Made by a program: the position numbers and the translations under genes
Virus record (IMG/VR): IMGVR_UViG_3300028835_001054
Length of the DNA stretch: 38,572 bases
Direction: 5' to 3' (one strand)
Source of the DNA: a virus
The notes under the pieces: model-generated
The model's database searches: none
What the model saw: the letters and a program-made list of their open reading frames with translations, nothing else
Told to the model about the DNA's origin: nothing
Shown here: positions 32,532 to 38,572 of the stretch, piece after piece
How the letters are laid out: each line of letters starts with the position of its first letter
How positions within the stretch are numbered: the first letter of the stretch is position 1

Positions 32532-32809
32532 TTTCTTCCCTTTGCTTTGAGCTTTGCAAGCATCTGTTCCGAAGTCACGCGCTTGACAATCCGCGTTCTA
32601 TTACTTCGAGATGGTCTTTCCTTTGATCTTCCCCTTGATCTTTCTATGATGTCCAGTTTCTTTTTCATGAAACCGTAGAGATATGGCAATTCGTATTTCA
32701 GGACTGCCTCGCGTGTATGACCTGAGTCCAGAAGGCAAAAACTTATCTCTTCCAGCGTGTCTAACTGGTCTCTGAGGCTATATCCTGATTCTCCGCCTGT
32801 GTAGGGTTT
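32528..32809 (-). CDS. -1 frame extension of the tail assembly chaperone (GT-type product, about 92 extra codons)
   Basis: The -1 frame is closed by TGA at 32810..32812, then open from AAA CCC (32809) to TGA at 32528..32530, which overlaps the tape-measure ATG (ATGA). All triplets were checked by eye and contain no stop. Confidence 0.65.
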   Translation of the reverse strand, partial: KPYTGGESGYSLRDQLDTLEEISFCLLDSGHTREAVLKYELPYLYGFMKKKLDIIERSRGRSKERPSRSNRTRIVKRVTSEQMLAKLKAKGRK

Positions 32810-33219
32810 TCAGAGTCTACCTCATTTGCTCTCTTCGATGCCTCGAGAGAAGCAGAAGGCGCATCTTCGCCAGCCTTTGCGTCCGCAACAAATTCATCTT
32901 TCTCAAAATCCGCCTCTATCTCTTCCCGGGTATAGCTAGTGAAGAAATAGATTACCTCTTTGAGAATCTCGTTAGTGGCCGCCTTATCAGTAAACCCTAT
33001 GCGCGCCCCGACTTCTTCTATGCTTATCTCCGCAGCGTCCCGGAGCGCTCTGACCCAGGCAAGCACCCTGAAAACTTCACGATCTAATGGTCCATCTTCG
33101 TGGTATAAGCACTTTGGTATGGGTCGGGTGATCCGTTTAGGCAGGTTCTCGGCAGCCAGGATAACCTCGTTAAGTGTAGCCTTATCACCCTGTAATTTCA
33201 GTAAATCAATGAATTCCAT
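32761..33219 (-). CDS. Tail assembly chaperone (G-type, 152 aa, acidic)
   Basis: Immediately upstream of the tape measure, with an overlapping -1 ORF. Acidic C-terminus. Confidence 0.65.
   Translation of the reverse strand: MEFIDLLKLQGDKATLNEVILAAENLPKRITRPIPKCLYHEDGPLDREVFRVLAWVRALRDAAEISIEEVGARIGFTDKAATNEILKEVIYFFTSYTREEIEADFEKDEFVADAKAGEDAPSASLEASKRANEVDSENPTQAENQDIASETS
32803..32809 (-). promoter_or_regulatory. Candidate -1 slippery heptamer A_AAC_CCT
   Basis: The zero frame reads GAA AAC CCT, which fits the X_XXY_YYZ pattern. It lies 14 codons before the zero-frame stop. Confidence 0.55.
32824..32856 (-). repeat. Palindromic element in frame in the chaperone gene, 15 nt upstream of the slippery site
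   Basis: Plus strand ATTTGCTCTCTTCGATGCCTCGAGAGAAGCAGA, read as SASLEASKRAN (11 codons exactly). Confidence 0.9.
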
Positions 33220-33242
33220 TTTCTCTCCTCATCGGCTTTGAC

Positions 33243-33611
33243 TCAGAATAACGCTTTTAACGTCTTCTCCAGGATCGTCCAGATCTTGCCTTGCATCTCC
33301 ATAAGACCTGGTAGCAGAAAAGCATACTTCCCGTTCCAGCGACATTCCACATATATGGCATAATATGTGCCTGCATAAATGTATCCCATGATATAGCTCT
33401 TGCTCTCGATAATAACGTGATGGCCTATGCTGCGCCGGAGGGTACCCGTTCTGTCGGTAAACCCCTTCCCCGTCCGCTGCCTCTGGAACTCTTTTTTGAT
33501 ATGCGCCTCTGTCGCCAGAGAAGCAAGCCCCACCCCTTTGACGCCAGCTTTGACAATCTCCGCCTCGGCGCGGTCAAGATTTTTCAGTACCGTATCGAGA
33601 CCGTAGATCAT
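33243..33611 (-). CDS. HK97 gp10-like tail-completion family protein (122 aa)
   Basis: TDRTGTLRRSIGHHV...YIYAGTYYAIYVE matches the tG.Lr.Si...YA..vE signature of the gp10 family. ATGA-type overlap with the upstream gene. Confidence 0.5.
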   Translation of the reverse strand: MIYGLDTVLKNLDRAEAEIVKAGVKGVGLASLATEAHIKKEFQRQRTGKGFTDRTGTLRRSIGHHVIIESKSYIMGYIYAGTYYAIYVECRWNGKYAFLLPGLMEMQGKIWTILEKTLKALF

Positions 33612-35854
33612 GGGTTCTCCACGGAATATTTATAATCATCCAGATACATGATAGGAACGTCATGGACGACATAATCCAAATTCGAGAAATTGATCGGCCC
33701 AAGCAGGATTTTCGATTCCTCACAATACAACTGGTTTGTATATCCATCGCTATCAGTAAACTGTAGTATCGTCTGAAGAACCGGCGGCTCGAAATTATCA
33801 TCAAAATGATATTCCCGGAAATCTACCTTATGACATGAGAAGTTATCGAACCACGCTGCAACACCATCGCCATAGATTTTGATCGTGAGCGTTCCGCTGG
33901 CTGCCGTGAATCTGTGAGTCACCTTCACCCAATCGGTCGTCTCTGAGCCATTATCGAGCGTTACAGATGCCGCTCCTGACAGAACGACCATAGCCTTGTC
34001 AGCGGTTCCAGCTTTAACATGGCCGCAAAATGTGTACTCCTCCCCACTGGTAATCGTTACCGCCTGGCTCACGTATTTCGTTGCAGGATCGTCGGAATTG
34101 ACCTCATAGCAGAACTCTCCAGACTGTTCCGCCACGTCCTCATCATCTACAGTCGGCACGCCAGTAGTAGCCCACTCGGAGTCTGCAATATCCGACTCGA
34201 ACCCGCCCGCGTCGATATAGTTTTTCGATATATGGACGTTATCCCAGTATCCCATCTCCCCATCTGTCGTCGATCCAGATCCCAGGTCGATAGTCGTGGC
34301 AGTATCGCCAGCCTCGAAATCGAACTCTATCTCATACCAGGTCCCGCCGGTAGTGGCTCCGGCTTGCGTTACGGTTATGCCCTTATCCGCCGCAAGGTCC
34401 ACATCCACAAGCTGGGAAGCTCCGTTAGGTGTAACTGGCGCTCTAAACCAGCCGTGGAAATGATACTCTACATTAGTGATAGTTGTCACCGTATGCCGAG
34501 CAGAGGCTTGAGTCCCATCGGTATTTTTGACTCTGAGAGATCTGGCTCCATACTTTGTATACTGAGTATCTTTCCTGACCTCACAGAAAGCATCCGGCCT
34601 CTTCCAGGGGCCAATCCCCGCGTTTTCCATTCCCCAATCGAAGTTCATCAGATTGGAGCTCAGGATAGCTATCTGAGATCTGCTATGCACTCCATAATTC
34701 GCCGTTTCGCCCCCAACGAATGTTAAAACCAAACCGTTCGCGGCGGTAGCAAGATCTTCAATATCAGTCGCCGCGGCAGCATCTCTAAATGGCCACCAGG
34801 CATCAGGTAATTCCGCCTCTGTTCGTGGAGTAGCGGCAGCCGTTAGAGCCTGAGCCGCTGTCAGGACCACGTCATCATAAATCGCCGCCTCAGCAATATG
34901 CCCATCGAAAGGCCTGCCACCATCGGATTCTGCCCCTATAGATATAACAAGAGCATTTGAGCAATCACCAATATTGGCCAGCGTTCCGGTTCTGGATGCT
35001 GTATCATCATAGCCCTCGACGTAGATTTTACAATCCGCTGCGCTATTCTCATTATAGGTCACTATTACAAAGCGCATCTCGTCTTTGAGGATCGGAGTAG
35101 CGCCTGTCAGGAGATAAGCATCGACTCCATCGTTTACAGCGAAGTTCAGAAAGCCGAAAACGTCAATGAAGAGCACCCACCCAGTGGTCGTGACGTAAGC
35201 CGTACCATCGTAATCAGAGCTTTTTGCGATCAAGACTTCTGTCGTACTTTCACGCCTGCGCTTGAACCTGATGAGGATTGAGTAATCCTGAGTATCCCCT
35301 ATATCGAACAGGACGTTATCAGCGCGGGTAAAATACTGCGGCGCCGAATAATCCAGATCCGCCATCACGCCGATTGTTTCCAGGCTGGGTATGTCGTTTC
35401 CAGCGCCATCGTCGATGTCTACTGACGTTCCTGGAGTAACAGGAGTTCCATCAATGTAGCCCGCATAGAAAGCGCCAGTCTCTTCGCTCAATATGATCTG
35501 CTCATTATCCTCAAAAGAATTGTGAGAGCCTGGTTCGGTCGTGAGTGTATCTTCCGTATCCCCGGTAGTTATAGCAGTGACCTCTTTCGTGCCTGCTTTC
35601 TCTACAGGATCGATACCGCAAAGGTCAGCGAGAGTGTCAACGTTGAAAGCCATCTCACCGATTGTCAAGCCCACATTCCGCCTCACAAGAGTAGCGCCTT
35701 TGAGAACGCGGCTCTGGCCTCTCCACTCAATAATAGTATCCTCACTGACAAACGAGGATCCGCCGCGCCAATCTGCCATCAGGAAATCAGCCGATGCAAT
35801 TACGTCTGATAGACCTGCATAGAATGTGCCATCAAATGCTATATGCTCATTCAT
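33608..35854 (-). CDS. Tail tube protein paralog with ~570-aa internal LamG plus CBM-like insertion (748 aa)
   Basis: N-terminus (..IIEWRGQSRVLKGATLV..IGEMAFN) and C-terminus (FEPPVLQ...LLGPINFSNLDYVVHDVPIMYL) are homologous to the termini of the 167-aa tube protein. The middle has a LamG pattern (ILIRFKRR..VIVTYNENSAADCKIYVEGY..FDGHIAEAAIYDDVVLT) and two CBM-like jelly rolls. Confidence 0.6.
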   Translation of the reverse strand: MNEHIAFDGTFYAGLSDVIASADFLMADWRGGSSFVSEDTIIEWRGQSRVLKGATLVRRNVGLTIGEMAFNVDTLADLCGIDPVEKAGTKEVTAITTGDTEDTLTTEPGSHNSFEDNEQIILSEETGAFYAGYIDGTPVTPGTSVDIDDGAGNDIPSLETIGVMADLDYSAPQYFTRADNVLFDIGDTQDYSILIRFKRRRESTTEVLIAKSSDYDGTAYVTTTGWVLFIDVFGFLNFAVNDGVDAYLLTGATPILKDEMRFVIVTYNENSAADCKIYVEGYDDTASRTGTLANIGDCSNALVISIGAESDGGRPFDGHIAEAAIYDDVVLTAAQALTAAATPRTEAELPDAWWPFRDAAAATDIEDLATAANGLVLTFVGGETANYGVHSRSQIAILSSNLMNFDWGMENAGIGPWKRPDAFCEVRKDTQYTKYGARSLRVKNTDGTQASARHTVTTITNVEYHFHGWFRAPVTPNGASQLVDVDLAADKGITVTQAGATTGGTWYEIEFDFEAGDTATTIDLGSGSTTDGEMGYWDNVHISKNYIDAGGFESDIADSEWATTGVPTVDDEDVAEQSGEFCYEVNSDDPATKYVSQAVTITSGEEYTFCGHVKAGTADKAMVVLSGAASVTLDNGSETTDWVKVTHRFTAASGTLTIKIYGDGVAAWFDNFSCHKVDFREYHFDDNFEPPVLQTILQFTDSDGYTNQLYCEESKILLGPINFSNLDYVVHDVPIMYLDDYKYSVENP

Positions 35855-35874
35855 AATATCACGCCCTTTCCCAG

Positions 35875-35918
35875 ATTTGCTTCAGGTACTACCTTCAAGG
35901 CATCGAAGAGAGCAAAAT
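35875..35918 (+). repeat. Long (44-nt) variant of the palindromic element, 7 nt after the tail tube stop codon
   Basis: ATTTGCTTCAGGTACTACCTTCAAGGCATCGAAGAGAGCAAAAT. Confidence 0.9.
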
Positions 35919-35925
35919 TGCTATC

Positions 35926-36429
35926 TTAGTTCTCAAGTAAGAACGAGGCCAGCGAACCTGTAGCGCTGTAGAGCTTCAGTATGACATCCTGGACTATCTT
36001 ATCTATATTCGTGAAATTGATCGGCACCCCCAGAGCGATCCCATCGCCAGCGAATGCCTGGAATATCTGCCCACCGAGCATGCATTGGACGAGCCACTGC
36101 ATCTCAGGCGGCACGGTATCCTTATCGAATGTGTAGCTGGTTGCTGGTTCCGTTCCCACCGATTTCAGAGCGTCACTCCCATTCTTTGTTGCTCCATAGA
36201 GCGTCTCAAGAAGTCCAGGCTTGAAAGCGACCTCAGAGATCGTAAATATAATATCGGTCTTTACGACTTCTACATCCTTCAGAACCCGGCTCTGGCCCCT
36301 CCATTCGACTGTCTCAGTGGCGATCTCCGCCACCCATCCGCCCCTGAACTCCGCGACCTCGTTTTCCGCCGCATTCGTGACAGCGGTTGCGTGTGCGTAT
36401 AATGCCCCTGCTAATCCAACTTCTGACAT
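35926..36429 (-). CDS. Major tail (tube) protein (167 aa)
   Basis: ATG 36429 lies 7 nt after AAGGAG. The size and position (after neck genes, before chaperone/TMP) fit a siphovirus tube protein. The call is positional plus paralogy. Confidence 0.55.
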   Translation of the reverse strand: MSEVGLAGALYAHATAVTNAAENEVAEFRGGWVAEIATETVEWRGQSRVLKDVEVVKTDIIFTISEVAFKPGLLETLYGATKNGSDALKSVGTEPATSYTFDKDTVPPEMQWLVQCMLGGQIFQAFAGDGIALGVPINFTNIDKIVQDVILKLYSATGSLASFLLEN

Positions 36430-36440
36430 GATCAAGCTCC

Positions 36441-37109
36441 TTATAATAATTGAGACATGTACTCATAATGTACAGCCTGTGAGTGAGTCGCTTCCGGTAT
36501 ATCGATCTCAGGGATCAAGCCCGACTTGAACACCTCCCTCAGAACGTCGATCCGCAAGCTTGCATTCGAGATGTCATTCTCTTTTTGATGTAGCAGCTCT
36601 CTGATACGATCTGCGATCAGATTCAGAGCCGTTAGAGGCTGGCCTTTACTTCCCGGCCCCGACTGATAATAAATGAAAAGAAAACACATCCCTGATAAGG
36701 TATTCGGGAAATTGTATCCAACAGCGCCATCTAATCGCATTGCAATAGCCGGGAATACAGCAGGCAAGCTCACTCCTGCTGCTCTTATAGCGCTAGCAGC
36801 CACCACTGCCCGATCATCATGGCTCACGGCGGCGCCCGAGACCGTTTCCACAGCCTTCGTATGTAAAGTAAAAACGGAGCCATTGATACTTTCTATCCAC
36901 GTGGCTAACTCGCCGCCTCCGGTTCCAGCCCCCGCGATCTTTATTCCATGCCCGGCGCTGAAACTTGTCGGACTGGCTACCGTGAGAGTATCCGTCCCTG
37001 AGGTTATACTACCCGTTGTCGTGACTTCCGATCCCGATGAGGTAGTAAGACCGGAATCCGTCGCCAGTCGCCCGCGTATCGCCTCGAATGTTGATTGTGT
37101 GACCGACAT
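36441..37109 (-). CDS. Putative tail completion/terminator protein with Gly/Thr/Ser-rich insertion (222 aa)
   Basis: Lies immediately upstream of the tube gene. The functional call is positional only. Confidence 0.3.
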   Translation of the reverse strand: MSVTQSTFEAIRGRLATDSGLTTSSGSEVTTTGSITSGTDTLTVASPTSFSAGHGIKIAGAGTGGGELATWIESINGSVFTLHTKAVETVSGAAVSHDDRAVVAASAIRAAGVSLPAVFPAIAMRLDGAVGYNFPNTLSGMCFLFIYYQSGPGSKGQPLTALNLIADRIRELLHQKENDISNASLRIDVLREVFKSGLIPEIDIPEATHSQAVHYEYMSQLL

Positions 37110-37119
37110 AGCTGTAAGT

Positions 37120-37467
37120 TCACTTCCCTAAAGATTCTACGAATGAATCAAATAGGTCGTCCATCCCCGCGCCTTGCCCGCAATATAAAAGCCCTTCCTT
37201 GCGGTCAGTAAATTCGCATTTATGAGCATATCCTGCAAATCTGCGGAGGTGTGAGAAAATGAGCCATGAGCCAGCATTCTTAACGGTGTAATACCAATCC
37301 AATCGTAATTGATAATACTTTTCACCCCAGATCTTGGGTATTCTCCACGTACCGTCCGCTTGCTCTCTGATGAAGAACAACTTAAACGGATCGCGATAGC
37401 TCCACCAAAATTGTATTTTCCATGCAAAGAATCTGAGCCAAATTATCGGGTTCATTGTATATCGCAT
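37120..37467 (-). CDS. Hypothetical neck-module protein (115 aa), Trp/Tyr-rich
   Basis: ATG 37467 is preceded by GAGGAGG. Chosen over the overlapping track ORF 37137..37427, which lacks an RBS. Confidence 0.4.
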   Translation of the reverse strand: MRYTMNPIIWLRFFAWKIQFWWSYRDPFKLFFIREQADGTWRIPKIWGEKYYQLRLDWYYTVKNAGSWLIFSHLRRFAGYAHKCEFTDRKEGLLYCGQGAGMDDLFDSFVESLGK

Positions 37468-37477
37468 AATTACCTCC

Positions 37478-37813
37478 TCATTGCAGATCCGTTATCCCGC
37501 AAACTGTGTTGATATGATTTGACCAGCTTGCTTTATGCTGTACAACGTAATAATTTCCATCCGAATCCAGTAATCTATCATCTACCTCGACAGGACTTCC
37601 TGGCTGAAACATGATCCTGTGAGAGCTTCTCAGAAGTTGCCCGGGATCCGCCCGCGCTAAAGATGCCGCTGCGCCCATAGGTAGCGGCTGGAGATTGACT
37701 GAGATATCCTCTCCATCAGTGACAGCAGGCCACGTCTCCGCTGGCTCTCCAGCAGGATTGAGAGCGCCCTCAGTCCTGCGATAGATTGTGAGTTTCTTAT
37801 TGAATCGCAGCAT
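37478..37813 (-). CDS. Head closure / head-tail joining protein (111 aa)
   Basis: MLRFNKKLTIYRRTEG..NPAGEPAETWPAV..ISVNLQP...D.DGNYYVV follows the pattern of the head-tail joining (SPP1 gp16/HK97 gp9-like) family. Follows the connector gene. Confidence 0.55.
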   Translation of the reverse strand: MLRFNKKLTIYRRTEGALNPAGEPAETWPAVTDGEDISVNLQPLPMGAAASLARADPGQLLRSSHRIMFQPGSPVEVDDRLLDSDGNYYVVQHKASWSNHINTVCGITDLQ

Positions 37814-37814
37814 A

Positions 37815-38572
37815 TCAGACCACCATGGCGCGAACTTTCTTCCGCACGTAAGGACGCAGAAGCATATCGGCCTCTCTTAAGCCTGTGAGCGGCTTCTGCT
37901 TTGTCGTATAAGAGATCCCCGCGACTGTTTCTGTACCTTCGCTGTAGGTCGTATAGAGCGTATCATTATTTCTATATCTGGCACAGATGATACATGCTTC
38001 CTTGATCATCTCCGGCGGATCGTTTACCGCGCCGTTTGTGTTATCCACATCCGCTGTCGCTTCAGAAGTCCCGCCGGTGATCTCCTCATTATTCTGAAAA
38101 TCCGTGGAACTCCTGCCTGAAATCTTCAGATATAAGGGATTGACATCATTCACTTTCGCAGTGGCTCCGCTCGTCCCACCGGTGATGATCTCTCCTACCG
38201 CGAACGTGCCTGATATATTATCCATATCAAGCCGCTCAGTCCAGCCGTAGCTTCCCACGATATGGATATTCCTCATCCCGCGCGGAAACAGGCAAGATCT
38301 CTCCACACGTTTCAGCAAATAGCGCAGCTCATGCTCGGTTGTGATATTAGTCGTATCAAGAAATACGGAGTGCTTATCATGCGTGTAGTAGGTTGTGGAA
38401 AGGCTCACTCCAGAGAGCGAAATAGCGGAAACGCTGAGGATATTGGGAATGAGATTGAGATTCAGACGGCTCGCTCCATTTCCATCGCGGTCCACAGCAA
38501 AAGCTTTCGGATAAAAGAAATCCTTTGTCAGTTTATGGATCCGCTCCTCAACGCGATCTATTATCGCCTGCT
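37815..38572 (-). CDS. Head-tail connector/adaptor protein, C-terminal part (5' end runs off the window; true start is the ATG at position 250 across the junction)
   Basis: The frame stays open upstream of the track start (GTG 38495) to the window edge, and is continuous with 250..1 through the 144-nt overlap. Confidence 0.6.
   Translation of the reverse strand, partial: QAIIDRVEERIHKLTKDFFYPKAFAVDRDGNGASRLNLNLIPNILSVSAISLSGVSLSTTYYTHDKHSVFLDTTNITTEHELRYLLKRVERSCLFPRGMRNIHIVGSYGWTERLDMDNISGTFAVGEIITGGTSGATAKVNDVNPLYLKISGRSSTDFQNNEEITGGTSEATADVDNTNGAVNDPPEMIKEACIICARYRNNDTLYTTYSEGTETVAGISYTTKQKPLTGLREADMLLRPYVRKKVRAMVV
38429..38572. repeat. Terminal direct repeat, right copy (identical to 1..144)
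   Basis: Same 144-nt string as the window start. Confidence 0.92.

Noticed and set aside
34019-34726. Long antisense track ORFs (34019..34726 +, 5547..5930 +, 5940..6365 +, 2979..3527 +, 10989..11573 +, 18708..19166 +, 22619..23005 - and similar)
   Set aside because: They lie fully inside better-supported genes on the opposite strand, lack RBS/ATG contexts, and have low-complexity shadow-frame composition.
27412-35854. Diversity-generating retroelement targeting the LamG/CBM-like receptor-binding modules
   Set aside because: There is no reverse transcriptase ORF in the complete genome, and I could see no template/variable repeat pair near the 3' ends of these genes.
2745-35918. The 33-nt elements as ordinary rho-independent terminators
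   Set aside because: The T-run is 5' and the A-run 3' of the stem, so both are part of the stem and no U-tail follows. Five copies lie inside translated ORFs, and orientation relative to transcription is mixed.

Overview
The window is a complete, circularly closing genome of a siphovirus-like temperate phage or phage-plasmid. Positions 1..144 are identical to 38429..38572, so the unit genome is 38,428 bp, and the head-tail connector gene is intact only across that junction. About 90% is read on the minus strand. The late operon runs ParB-like, TerS, TerL, portal, MuF-like, XkdF-like protease, scaffold, major capsid, decoration-like/LamG proteins, connector, head closure, tail tube, a giant tube paralog, gp10-like, G/GT chaperone with a -1 frameshift, tape measure, Dit-/Tal-like proteins and fibre. 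The early-left operon carries a Cro-like HTH, Cas4-like nuclease, RecT-like annealase, MT-A70 methylase, HNH protein and M15 endolysin. A short plus-strand early-right operon (22.2-25.1 kb) carries a CI/LexA-like S24 repressor, a membrane protein, a RepA-like initiator preceded by four iterons, and an HTH/coiled-coil protein. I found no integrase, transposase, tRNA, rRNA, reverse transcriptase or CRISPR array. The most unusual signal is a dispersed family of about 15 copies of a 33-nt imperfect palindrome (consensus TTTTGCTTCTCTCAAGGCWTCGAAGAGAGCAAAA, plus a 44-nt long variant). It occurs in both orientations, sometimes in spacer-less tandem. Copies lie directly after the stop codons of the major capsid, tail tube and last fibre genes, and in frame inside at least four proteins, where they are always read as ..ASLKASKRA... 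Other notable points: an in-frame TGA followed by a startless 66-codon extension with a CCHC zinc knuckle; a tail-tube paralog carrying a ~570-aa LamG/CBM-like insertion; and a Rep+iteron, no-integrase layout suggesting an extrachromosomal prophage. All functional calls come from motif reading and synteny by eye. No database search was run.
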